Source of the DNA: a virus | Lineage: Duplodnaviria; Caudoviricetes | Length of the DNA: 46,429 nt | Strand: one strand, 5' to 3' | Virus record (IMG/VR): IMGVR_UViG_3300030332_001059 | Coordinates: 1 to 46,429 of that record | In this document: positions 8,408-16,807 of the stretch, in pieces | Position numbering within the stretch: position 1 is the stretch's first letter | How the letters are laid out: each line of letters opens with the position of its first letter | Program-made: the position numbers and the translations under genes | The notes under the pieces: model-generated | What the model was told of the DNA's origin: nothing | The model's database searches: none | Seen by the model: only the letters and a program-made list of their open reading frames with translations

Positions 8408-8947
8408 CTATATGAATTGTCCGTAGTGTTTCAACTCAGCCTCCCTTCGCGCCGCGATGGCCTCCGGAAGGGTGGCAAAACACCCCAAATGAATCACTCG
8501 CTTTTCAACAGAAATACGGGCAAACCACCCATTCGCTCTGTTTTTATGGACTCCACGATGACCGCTTCTGCTCTTGCGGAACGTTCGAGTATTGAGGTTG
8601 TTTTGAGCCCTTGAAGCAATTCGCAGATTCGTCCATCGGTTGTCATTTCGAATGCGATTCTTATGATCGACATCCATGTCAGATGGCGGCCATTCTCCGG
8701 TCATAAGCAACCACGCCAGATGATGGGCGCGATATTGCCGTCCGAACAAAATGATTATTTTGTAGCCGTCTTTGAGAGTTCCAGCCTCATCGCCATGAAA
8801 ACGTCCGCCGCCAAAGCACATGACGCGGACTTTCCAGCGAAAAATGCCGGTCTCCGGATCATAGTCGAGACGGTTTCTGACCTCTTCTGCGGTGAAACAC
8901 CGCCGCTCGCGAAGAGTTTCCTTTGGAGTAAACTCCGACTTGCCCAT
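8408..8947 (-). CDS. HNH homing endonuclease with C-terminal AP2 domain
   Basis: YDPETGIFRW, YRAHHLAW, VDHKNRIRNDNRWTNLR (HNH) and SGHRGV...WFARI...HLGCF (AP2); lower GC than neighbours. Confidence 0.92.
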   Translation of the reverse strand: MGKSEFTPKETLRERRCFTAEEVRNRLDYDPETGIFRWKVRVMCFGGGRFHGDEAGTLKDGYKIIILFGRQYRAHHLAWLLMTGEWPPSDMDVDHKNRIRNDNRWTNLRIASRAQNNLNTRTFRKSRSGHRGVHKNRANGWFARISVEKRVIHLGCFATLPEAIAARREAELKHYGQFI

Positions 8948-9027
8948 AGCAACCCCCAACGGTTGTTGTGTGGAAGAGGGCCCGGGGTGTTGACGCACCC
9001 CGGGCCTTCGTCTTTCTACCTCAGATG

Positions 9028-9972
9028 CTATACGCCGTCAACGTAGGCGACTTCCTTCGGGAGACGAACGTCGAGGCCACCCAGGCGCATCACGCCCGGA
9101 ACGTCCCAACGCAGCGGACCCGACTGGTACACCGGCAGGAACCGGTGCGGCATCGGCATGTGCAGCTTAAGCACCTGCGGATCGTTGCGATACGCAATCA
9201 TTCGCGGAACGCTAGAAACCCCAGCCGCATCCAGCCCACGCAGACCACGAATGGTCAGCGGGCGGCCGGTCATTGCCGTGTACACGTTGTTGCGGATGAA
9301 GAAGCTCAGCACCGTCTCGTCGCTGTCCGTGGTCATGCGCCGGGTGGCGATGACTTGGAACTTCAGCCACGGCAGGAGCAGCGTGTCGGCCATTGCAACC
9401 GTGTTCGTGCCGTTGAACACATTCAGGATCGCGCTGTTCATGTCCTCGACCATCTGGTCAGGCGTGGCGCTTCCGGGGGCGCCAACAACGCCCCAGTTGC
9501 CGGTGGCAGCAGCGCCAGCCGTCACGCCCTGCGCATCGAACAGGCCGGTGAAGCCCTTCGAGGCATCGCCCAACAGCGCAACGCGGTCGACCATTTCTTC
9601 GGCGGCACGACGTGCGGCCATGGCGTCTTCGTTGGCTAGGTTGATGCCGAGCAACTGCGCACGGCCCACTTCTTCCCAGCCCCAGCCGTAGCCGATGCCA
9701 GCGGTGTGCACCGGGGTTTCAAACTTCGACCGGGTGGTGCCCGCTTTCGGGATGTCGTCGGAATTGCCATTGATCCAGTCAGCCGCACCGTGGCGGTCAG
9801 AGCTGAAATAGGTCACCGAGCTGGCGAACTCCGAACCGGAGGTGTCAACCGGGATCAGGCCCCGGTACTGAATGTCCGGGTAGCGGGTTGCGTAAACGCC
9901 CGGCTCGATGATCGAGGTTTGGGCGATGACGAATCCGAGCGCGGACTGTGCATCAAAAAGAGGATTGCTCAT
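9028..9972 (-). CDS. Major capsid protein (DUF2184 family, HK97 fold)
   Basis: 314 aa; YPDIQYRGLIPV, ALLGD..GFTGLF and RLGGLDVRLP; follows the DUF2213 and decoration genes. Confidence 0.9.
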   Translation of the reverse strand: MSNPLFDAQSALGFVIAQTSIIEPGVYATRYPDIQYRGLIPVDTSGSEFASSVTYFSSDRHGAADWINGNSDDIPKAGTTRSKFETPVHTAGIGYGWGWEEVGRAQLLGINLANEDAMAARRAAEEMVDRVALLGDASKGFTGLFDAQGVTAGAAATGNWGVVGAPGSATPDQMVEDMNSAILNVFNGTNTVAMADTLLLPWLKFQVIATRRMTTDSDETVLSFFIRNNVYTAMTGRPLTIRGLRGLDAAGVSSVPRMIAYRNDPQVLKLHMPMPHRFLPVYQSGPLRWDVPGVMRLGGLDVRLPKEVAYVDGV

Positions 9973-9984
9973 GGTATTGGCTCC

Positions 9985-10470
9985 TTAAGCCAGACGCACA
10001 ACGGCAAGGCCGGTGGCAGATGCGGAGGTGTCCCAACGGGCGCCAGGGATTTGCACCGCCGAGTTGGCGTTGCTGTCCTGGAAGTCGCCGTTGGACGGGC
10101 GGACGAAAACGCCGTCGCCTGCGGTGCAGCCGCTTGCGCAGACGACCCAGACGTCACGGCCACTGCCCACGGGGGCGATGCGGGCCGATTCGCCGATGCC
10201 GAACGAATCAACCGTCCGGGCGGTGACTTGGCCGTCAACGACCGTCATGCCGGCCGCCGATCGATCCAGCAAGGTGATGCCCACGAACGTGGTGTCACCG
10301 GAGCCGAAGGCTTCGACGCCCTTGTCGGTCGCGCCCTGGGTGACGGCACGGCCGAAGCCGATGACTGCCGTTTCCACGGTGCGGGAGATGATCGGGCCAT
10401 TGATCATCGTGGCGGGCATACCCGCTACGGCGACGGCCTGGGTTTCGGGGTAGTTGGTTTGGATAGCCAT
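9985..10470 (-). CDS. Head decoration/cement protein
   Basis: 161 aa between protease and capsid; IGFGRAV, FVGIT and DVWV motifs. Confidence 0.78.
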   Translation of the reverse strand: MAIQTNYPETQAVAVAGMPATMINGPIISRTVETAVIGFGRAVTQGATDKGVEAFGSGDTTFVGITLLDRSAAGMTVVDGQVTARTVDSFGIGESARIAPVGSGRDVWVVCASGCTAGDGVFVRPSNGDFQDSNANSAVQIPGARWDTSASATGLAVVRLA

Positions 10471-11591
10471 TACTGGTTACCTCCCTTGTTGGGTTCGTTC
10501 AGGGCGGCGACAGAAGCCGCATACCCGTTGTCGTTGGCGGTCTTTCGGTCAACGCCCTTGATCAGCACCTTGCGCACGGGATCGGATGCAGCGTCTTCAG
10601 CGAGGATGTCGAAGCGCGCATCGATGTACGCCGCCGTCTTGTCCTTGATCGCCGCGTCGCCGCACTTGGCAGCCACAGCGGCCTTGCGGATGTCTGCATC
10701 CGACTTGCCGGTGTAGTCCTGATCTGCGATGCCCTTGGCGGTTGCGATCAGGTCAGCGCGGGCCTGAACGCGGGCGTCCAGATCGGCATCACTGAGCACC
10801 TTGCCTTTCAGGCTGTCGATCTCGGCATCACGCTTTGCGAGGTCGGCATCCTTGGCGGCAATGGCCTTGGCGTGGGTGTCTTCCAGCGATTGACGCGCAA
10901 CTTCGGCGTCCTTCATCTGGCTCTGTAGCTTGGCGATTGCCTGGGCACCGGCATCGGTCGTTTCAACCGACAGTCCGTCAACCAGGATCGTCCGGGTCTT
11001 GCTGTCACTCATGGGGTTCTCCTTGGGAGATTGGATGTCGGCGCGATCCGGTTCACCGGGGGCGCGCCAATCCCCGATGCGTGTGCTACCCGCCCTGCCT
11101 TTACTGACAAGGGCGATGTGATTGATGCGGATGTCCCGCTGTACTGCGTCATACGTCTCGCCTTCGGGCGATTCGCCGGAATCGAAAACGATCTCCGCGA
11201 GGTAGCCCATGGAAAGCTCGCGCTTGCCCTTTTCGTAATCGCTGATCGCCCCGGCATCCATCAGGATCAGCGGCACGCGAACGTGATCGCCGTCTCGAAC
11301 GATGTCGTCACCGATCTGCCCGATGGAATCCTTTTTCCACGTGTCAGCGGTCACGAATGCCGCCGGGTGGTCGTTGGTTGCGGGCTTGTGGGCGTAGCTG
11401 GCAAGGCTGTCGCGTGCGAACACCTCACCCTCTGGCCGATACACGCGCACAACAGGCATATCGGGGCGGCCAAGCTCACGCCCGGCGTACTCCTGAATAC
11501 CCGTGCGGGCTGCGCGAACGTCCGCGACCAGATAGCCGTCCACAGTTCGGCGGACGCCTGTCGCAGTGACGGCGTCATTGAATTTCTGCAT
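10470..11591 (-). CDS. Prohead protease/scaffold (DUF2213)
   Basis: ARTGIQEY, TNDHP, KRELSMGY and INHIALVSKGRAG, followed by a coiled-coil scaffold region. Confidence 0.9.
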   Translation of the reverse strand: MQKFNDAVTATGVRRTVDGYLVADVRAARTGIQEYAGRELGRPDMPVVRVYRPEGEVFARDSLASYAHKPATNDHPAAFVTADTWKKDSIGQIGDDIVRDGDHVRVPLILMDAGAISDYEKGKRELSMGYLAEIVFDSGESPEGETYDAVQRDIRINHIALVSKGRAGSTRIGDWRAPGEPDRADIQSPKENPMSDSKTRTILVDGLSVETTDAGAQAIAKLQSQMKDAEVARQSLEDTHAKAIAAKDADLAKRDAEIDSLKGKVLSDADLDARVQARADLIATAKGIADQDYTGKSDADIRKAAVAAKCGDAAIKDKTAAYIDARFDILAEDAASDPVRKVLIKGVDRKTANDNGYAASVAALNEPNKGGNQ

Positions 11592-11594
11592 GGT

Positions 11595-12920
11595 CTATTC
11601 CTCCGGGGTTACTTCAGCCGGATCGGTTTCGTCTTCGTCCAGCTCTGCGCCGAACTCCGCAATCGCCGCCTCAAGGCCAGGCGCAACGCCAAGCTCGGTC
11701 AGCATGTTGACGGCCGTCCGGCTCATCGCGTCGTCGGGGATCAGGGCAGTCTCACGAAGCGTCTTGATCGTCTCGGCAGTTGCCTTGCCGATGTCGGCAC
11801 GTTCCTTCGCCGTGGTCTGCCACAGGCTCGCCCACTCGTAATACAGGTCATCGGGGCGCGACCCGAGCGCGGAGCGGATCAGGCATTCATCGAGAATCTG
11901 CATTGATGGCTGCAACACCAGTTCTTGCATGCTCTGGATGCGGTCGTAGTAGTTGCGCAGGTCCGATTCACCCGTGGCACTCATGCCGCCGGGCGATTGC
12001 CCGAGTAGCCGCGTCATCGGGATGTCGGCAGCGCCGGATACGATCTGCAAAAAGGTATTCAGCACGTCCGGCAATGTCGCGAAGGTGGCGCTTTTCTGCT
12101 GATAGTCCTCTTCCGAGTCGATCAGAAGCGCGCCGTTGATGCCCTTGGCCATGGCTGCGAGCGTTGCGCGCTCCACCACAAGACGCCGGTATTCCGGATC
12201 GGCCATGCCTTCCATGAACCGGGGAATCTTGATCACGTCAATCTTCGCTTCAAACACCAGTGAGGCGATGTTGGCGCCCGTGGCATCGGCGTTCTTGACG
12301 GCATCGATGCAGGCGTGAAGCACTGAATCGCCCCACCCATAATCGAAGCCCGTAACCAATTCGGGGTCAGGCTGCGGGTTGCCGATGAATCGCACGATGC
12401 GAGACGGGTGGATCTGTTGATTGCCACCGCTGCCCGAGACATCGTAAGCGCGCGGCAGGTTGTAGAACTCCGACAGCGGGTCGGTCTCAAGCTCTTTCGG
12501 GTTCAGCACGCGGCGGCTCAGAACGGTGAGATAACGCACCCCCCCAGCCTTGACCGTTTGCGGGTTCAGCGGCTTCGAGGGGTCAGCATCGTTGGTCCCG
12601 ATGTACAGCCCGGCGCCACCGTAAAGACGGCCCCGCGTCCACGCTTCGAGAACCTTTGCCTTCAAGCCCAGCCGCTTTTCCTCGGCTTCGATCTTCGTGA
12701 TGTCGGCGGACTTAGCCTGCCAGTTGCGCCACTTGCGGCACGCATCAAGGGCCGGGATGTCCACGATCTTCTTCGGCAGCCATGCCGAGCGGTACATGTT
12801 CGACAACTGGTCGTCGTTCGTGCACGGCGCGGTGTAGAACGTGCCCGATGCCTTGTCGCGCTCAGTGCCCAGATTGGCAACCAAGTTCTTGAGGCTGTCG
12901 TTGTTCTGGACGGTCGTCAT
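11595..12920 (-). CDS. Portal protein (DUF1073 family)
   Basis: KIVDIPALD, IHPSRI and GAADIPMTRLLGQSPGGMSATGESDLRNYYD; directly after TerL. Confidence 0.92.
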   Translation of the reverse strand: MTTVQNNDSLKNLVANLGTERDKASGTFYTAPCTNDDQLSNMYRSAWLPKKIVDIPALDACRKWRNWQAKSADITKIEAEEKRLGLKAKVLEAWTRGRLYGGAGLYIGTNDADPSKPLNPQTVKAGGVRYLTVLSRRVLNPKELETDPLSEFYNLPRAYDVSGSGGNQQIHPSRIVRFIGNPQPDPELVTGFDYGWGDSVLHACIDAVKNADATGANIASLVFEAKIDVIKIPRFMEGMADPEYRRLVVERATLAAMAKGINGALLIDSEEDYQQKSATFATLPDVLNTFLQIVSGAADIPMTRLLGQSPGGMSATGESDLRNYYDRIQSMQELVLQPSMQILDECLIRSALGSRPDDLYYEWASLWQTTAKERADIGKATAETIKTLRETALIPDDAMSRTAVNMLTELGVAPGLEAAIAEFGAELDEDETDPAEVTPEE

Positions 12921-14362
12921 GCGACGTTGGCCAGGTTGTAGCTGCTGCCAGACAACAGGGCAGCAAACGCCCCCGAAAGCGCGTCCACCTGGTCATCATG
13001 GGCTGCGTTCGGAAACATACTCACCTCGTCTAAAAACGCTTCGTTCCAACTGCCGCGAACGAGCTTGATATTCCCCGCTTCGGCCTGGGCCGATACCGGG
13101 GTTGCGCGCACTTCTTTCGATCCGGTCTCGCGTTCGGCTCGGGCATTCCAACCGGCCAACAGGCGCACCAGATACGACGCGTAGCTTTTGCCAGCGCTGC
13201 CGGGGTCTTCCGGCAACACAATCGGGACTGACTTGCCGTCTTGCAAGGCGGTCGCCTTGATCGTGCGCTCCACGCCTGCCGCCGCCTCTCTGATGCGCGT
13301 CACGGCCTCGACGTAATAGATTCCGGCCTGTTCGCTCAGCAGCAGGCCCACGGTCCAATCAGGATCGCCGGTGCCCTTTGCCTCGGTTCCGGCCAAGTCC
13401 CAGCGGCGCACCTTGCGGCGACTTGCCGGGGCTGCGTCGACAATCTCGAACCACGCCCGCTTGAACAGGCCACCTTCGCGCGGTGCCGGGCGCTGTTGCA
13501 TCTGCCCGGCCCATGCGTAGCTGCCCATCACCTTCTTGTCGCGCTCAATCACAGCGGGCGGGAAGCGCTCGGGAAACAGCAGCTCGCCGTCGTTTGTGCG
13601 CGGGTCCGTGAACCCTATGCTGGTCTTGCAGCGCCGATCCGGCTCGAACTCCATGGGGAGCACAAGGGCGTCATAGCCCAAACCTTTAGCCTCGATCACT
13701 CCGATGACATCGCGTTCATGCAACCGCTGCATGATGCAGACGATGGCGGACTTGTCCGGGTTGTTCAGACGAGTCGGAACGGCCTCAAGGAACGTGGTGT
13801 TCACCGTTTCCCGCTTCGCCTCGCTTGCTGCGTCGTCAACCGATAACGGGTCATCGATCACGATGCTGTCACCGCGTGAGCCGGTCAGGCTGCCGAATGG
13901 CATGGCCTGCCGAAAGCCCGTCGCGGTGTTCTCGAATTTCTTTTTCTCGTTCTGGTCGCCGGTCAGCTTGACCTCTGGCCAAAGCGAGCGATACCAGTCC
14001 GACTCAATCAAGCGCCTGCAACGCAGGTTGTCGCGGATCGCCAGTCCTTCGGCGTGCGACGTGGCGATGATCCGCTTGTGCGCCTGACCCTTCGGCCCCC
14101 ACTGCCACGCTGGCCAGAACACCGACGCCATCAATGACTTCATGCTTCCGGGCGGCACCGCGATATACAGTCGCGTGATCTGCCCGTCGGTCACCGCCTC
14201 AAGATGCTCTGCTACCGCGTCAATGTGCCAGCCATGAACGTACGGCTGACCGGGTTCGATCACGTGCCACGCTTGCTGAACGAAGGTCGCAAGCGAGCGC
14301 TTACACGCCTCACGCTCGATTGCCAGCCAATCAGCCGGGGTCAGTTTCAGCGCGGCGGGCAC
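12917..14362 (-). CDS. terL: Terminase large subunit (start uncertain; GTG 14362 assumed)
   Basis: Walker A IAVPPGSMKS, Walker B IVIDDP, IMQRLH coupling motif, nuclease motifs WDLA and HDDQVDALS. Confidence 0.93.
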   Translation of the reverse strand: MPAALKLTPADWLAIEREACKRSLATFVQQAWHVIEPGQPYVHGWHIDAVAEHLEAVTDGQITRLYIAVPPGSMKSLMASVFWPAWQWGPKGQAHKRIIATSHAEGLAIRDNLRCRRLIESDWYRSLWPEVKLTGDQNEKKKFENTATGFRQAMPFGSLTGSRGDSIVIDDPLSVDDAASEAKRETVNTTFLEAVPTRLNNPDKSAIVCIMQRLHERDVIGVIEAKGLGYDALVLPMEFEPDRRCKTSIGFTDPRTNDGELLFPERFPPAVIERDKKVMGSYAWAGQMQQRPAPREGGLFKRAWFEIVDAAPASRRKVRRWDLAGTEAKGTGDPDWTVGLLLSEQAGIYYVEAVTRIREAAAGVERTIKATALQDGKSVPIVLPEDPGSAGKSYASYLVRLLAGWNARAERETGSKEVRATPVSAQAEAGNIKLVRGSWNEAFLDEVSMFPNAAHDDQVDALSGAFAALLSGSSYNLANVA

Positions 14363-14777
14363 GTAATAGCTCGGCAATCGTGCCGTTGGAGAGTTTCGAG
14401 GTATCGATGGTGGCCACGGCAACCGCGCCACTGTGGTGATGATTCAGGCTCTCAACATGCACACCGGCAGCCTTGCCGCGTGCCACCTCGGCAGCGATAG
14501 CGGCGCTGATCTGCTTTTCATCAATCGCCAGATCGCGCAGCATCTTGAGGTCTTCAAGGTGCCCGCGAAGCGTTACCTGGGCGGCTTCCGCCATCGGCTT
14601 GCGTAGGTCGGCCACCCTTTGCGACACCTTAGCGTCGGCCATCAGCTTGCTTGCGTTCACATTCACGCTGGAAGGCTTCATGCTCTTCACGGTGTATGCG
14701 TGCCGGTATGCGTCGGACTGATTCATTCCGGACGCTACTGCTTGGGCGAACTTCTCTTGTTTCGGCGTGAGAGCCAT
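14331..14777 (-). CDS. terS: Terminase small subunit
   Basis: LTPKQEKFAQAVASGMNQSDAYRHAY N-terminal HTH; directly upstream of TerL. Confidence 0.9.
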   Translation of the reverse strand: MALTPKQEKFAQAVASGMNQSDAYRHAYTVKSMKPSSVNVNASKLMADAKVSQRVADLRKPMAEAAQVTLRGHLEDLKMLRDLAIDEKQISAAIAAEVARGKAAGVHVESLNHHHSGAVAVATIDTSKLSNGTIAELLRARRAETDPG

Positions 14778-14789
14778 AACGCGCCCTCA

Positions 14790-15410
14790 TTAAGCCGGAC
14801 GTGAGATGGCCCGCTCTGGGCTCCATCCGCGCCGCAGGCGTCTGGTTATTAACCTTCGGCTGATCCCAACTTGGTCCGCCCAGTCAGCCGCGAACATCTT
14901 CTTGCCGCCAATTTCTAGCGGCACGGCCTTCCTGGTATTGCGAGACTGCTGTTTCGACGTCGCCCATCGGCAATTGCCGGGCGCATAACCCAGAGTTGGG
15001 TCTATTCTGTCAATCGAATGAGCGGGGCTTGGGCGCTCTCCCATGTCAGCGAGAAACGACTCGAAGGATTCCTCCCACCTCGGACAGACCTTGACCCCAA
15101 TCGCTCCGTACCACCTGAAAGAAAGGTTTCTCTTGTTGTTGCACCTTTGCTTCATGTTGTGCCACGAGCTGTAGGTTATTGAGCCGCGCTTACCGTGCTT
15201 TGTTGATCTCTTGTTTTCCGCCTCCTTTATGAGGCAGCCGCAGGACCTTGAACCGGTGGGTGTTAGCTGTCCTTGAGAGAACTCTCGCTCAACGCCGCAT
15301 TCACATCTGCAGAGCCAGATTGTTCTTTGGTACGTCGGGTACTTACGCACTCCGATCCGCTCCAATACCTCTAGTCGTCCGAACTTCTGGCCAACAAGAT
15401 TCTTGGTCAT
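14790..15410 (-). CDS. HNH-type homing endonuclease
   Basis: NLVGQKFGRLEV, WLCRCECG, SCGC, WHNMKQRC and SIDRID..LGYAPGNCRWAT. Confidence 0.85.
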   Translation of the reverse strand: MTKNLVGQKFGRLEVLERIGVRKYPTYQRTIWLCRCECGVEREFSQGQLTPTGSRSCGCLIKEAENKRSTKHGKRGSITYSSWHNMKQRCNNKRNLSFRWYGAIGVKVCPRWEESFESFLADMGERPSPAHSIDRIDPTLGYAPGNCRWATSKQQSRNTRKAVPLEIGGKKMFAADWADQVGISRRLITRRLRRGWSPERAISRPA

Positions 15411-15428
15411 TGAGATTCCCGAGAGTTG

Positions 15429-15701
15429 TGCCGACCACCGCCGGCAGGGCCAATAGATGCCCCGCATACACGGGGCCTCCCTCGCTATCGACTGAGCGAT
15501 GCTGGACGGGGAGAAGGGTGAAGTGGGTCGCCGGTTACAGCGTCCGGCGCGCTTGCTGCGTTGCAGCGGCTTACAGCGCTGGTGGTCATCTGCGGGTTAC
15601 TGGTCCCGCGACCTGATGCCACTCAGGTCAGTTCATGCCCTTCGGTCGGCTGGCGAGCCGCTTTCGTTTGAGGGACCGGCCCCGTTAGCCTGGAACGGAG
15701 C
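15429..15701 (-). ncRNA. Putative structured RNA: array of about nine consecutive hairpins in the late leader
   Basis: Stems at 15429-15446, 15459-15476, 15482-15499, 15529-15549, 15549-15579, 15592-15609, 15610-15629, 15647-15660 and 15679-15701; recurrent GTAA motif; no convincing ORF. Confidence 0.45.
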
Positions 15702-15714
15702 AACCGCATGATGT

Positions 15715-15742
15715 TGGCGCAGGACCGTGGAATCGAACCTGG
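15715..15742 (-). tRNA. 3' part (T arm, acceptor strand, G73, CCA) of an interrupted tRNA-Trp-like gene
   Basis: CCAGG-TTCGATT-CCACG-GTCCTGC-G-CCA immediately after the endonuclease stop codon; the T stem has two mismatches. Confidence 0.55.
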
Positions 15743-16156
15743 TCAGCGATCCAGATATTCGATTGCTCGTCTCAGGGCGTCGGTGCTATCAGAAAGAAAG
15801 CCGATTGCCGAATTGCATTTCGCACAAAGCAACCCGCGAACCCTCCCGCTCTTATGACAGTGATCTACGCATGTCCTGCGACCCTCAAACGAGGCCAGGC
15901 AGATCGCGCAACTCCCGTTCTGAGCTTCGAGAAACTTCCGGTGCTGCTCCGCATTGATGCCGTATTGGCTTCTCAACCGGCCATCAAGGGAGCGATTTCT
16001 TGCGGCACTGGCCATATAGCGAGAGGTGTTTGCCCTGTAGTGCCGCCGGTTGTACTCGGCCTTACACGCCTTGCAAGACGACTGGAGCCCTTTGCGCGCG
16101 TGAGCGTAGAACGCGCTTGCCGGCTTTTCATCGCCGCACGTCCCGCAAACCTTCAT
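15743..16156 (-). CDS. Endonuclease VII-family homing endonuclease (137 aa)
   Basis: CGTC and CKAC, then QNGSCAIC...CVDHCHKSGRVRGLLCAKCNSAIGFL; AAGGAGG RBS before ATG 16156. Confidence 0.9.
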   Translation of the reverse strand: MKVCGTCGDEKPASAFYAHARKGLQSSCKACKAEYNRRHYRANTSRYMASAARNRSLDGRLRSQYGINAEQHRKFLEAQNGSCAICLASFEGRRTCVDHCHKSGRVRGLLCAKCNSAIGFLSDSTDALRRAIEYLDR

Positions 16157-16166
16157 TCCTGCCTCC

Positions 16167-16200
16167 TTGGAGACCCGGCCGAGACCATCTCGCGTCCCAC
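16167..16200 (-). tRNA. 5' part of an interrupted tRNA-Trp(CCA)-like gene
   Basis: GTGGGAC-GC-GAGA-TGG-TCTC-GG-CCGGGT-CT-CCA-A. GTGGGAC pairs 7/7 (two G-U) with GTCCTGC at 15725-15719. Confidence 0.45.
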
Positions 16201-16202
16201 AT

Positions 16203-16312
16203 TGGAAGCAGGGGCCGGAGTTGAACCGGCGCGCTGGCCTGAGACGTTGCGGCCATTTCCTGCCGCCTCGGGAATCCTCAGGTTTCCGGCTCTGCCACTG
16301 AGCTACCCTGCT
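16203..16312 (-). tRNA. 110-nt tRNA-like RNA with non-canonical anticodon/variable region
   Basis: Perfect acceptor stem AGCAGGG/CCCTGCT, U8-A9, D arm GCTC-AGTGGCA-GAGC, T arm GCCGG-TTCAACT-CCGGC and encoded CCA. The central region is expanded. Confidence 0.7.
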
Positions 16313-16540
16313 GTGAATGAAAGCGGGCCGGATCGCCAATCCGGCTGCGCGGTGCTGTGCTACGCCTTCGACACACGATCTAATCGGTCATGACTCCGCG
16401 TCGATCCGCGACTTCCGAGTGCCTGTGCTACAGGCTTCCGCTTTCAAGCGATGCCGTCCGGGGCCTCGCGCTACGCACTTGGCTGGTGCCGCATCCTTCA
16501 AAGCTCTCGGCTGTCCGAGAATCAAAAACCGTCGTACCCG

Positions 16541-16708
16541 TCAGTCGCCACGGGCGCCCTTGGTGGCTTCTTCGACGCTATCCGCTGCGTCAACAGCAGC
16601 ATCAGCCATGGGCTTGGTCACGGTGCGGGTCATGTCCGCCGCGATCTTCACTGGCGCAATGGCGATCTTCGCCACGTCTTCGACAATTCCGAGAATTGAT
16701 CCGAGCAT
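16541..16708 (-). CDS. Small hypothetical protein (55 aa), first late ORF
   Basis: GGAGG RBS; MLGSILGIVEDVAKIAIAPVKIAAD... amphipathic sequence. Confidence 0.7.
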   Translation of the reverse strand: MLGSILGIVEDVAKIAIAPVKIAADMTRTVTKPMADAAVDAADSVEEATKGARGD

Positions 16709-16725
16709 TTCAGGTCCTCCAACGC

Positions 16726-16749
16726 AAAAAGCCCGCTGGTCGGCGGGCT
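16726..16749 (-). terminator. tR'-like terminator
   Basis: AGCCCGC-CGACCA-GCGGGCT-TTTT about 25 nt downstream of the late promoter start. Confidence 0.85.
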
Positions 16750-16766
16750 CTTTAGTCAACTTCTGC

Positions 16767-16807
16767 ACTATGCGCTTTCTTATACGCACTAATTCCGCGA
16801 TTGTCAA
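16767..16807 (-). promoter_or_regulatory. Late promoter pR'-like with -10-like pause element
   Basis: TTGACA (16807-16802), 17 bp, TATAAG (16784-16779); CATAGT near +1; directly after the Q-like gene. Confidence 0.82.

Noticed and set aside
11595-12920. Anti-CBASS Acb1 call sometimes attached to DUF1073 proteins
   Set aside because: Position after TerL, size and motifs indicate the portal; no phosphoesterase extension is visible.
260-14804. Many long plus-strand ORFs opposite the structural genes, and minus-strand ORFs opposite 26.6-35.3 kb
   Set aside because: Shadow ORFs expected in high-GC DNA; they have no motifs and fully overlap well-supported genes.
15743-16166. Group I intron in the tRNA-Trp-like gene
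   Set aside because: The insert is only an RBS plus the ORF, leaving no room for a ribozyme core outside the coding sequence.
16157-16339. 61-aa N-terminal extension of the endonuclease VII ORF in the ORF track
   Set aside because: It overlaps the tRNA-like elements, and a strong RBS supports ATG 16156.
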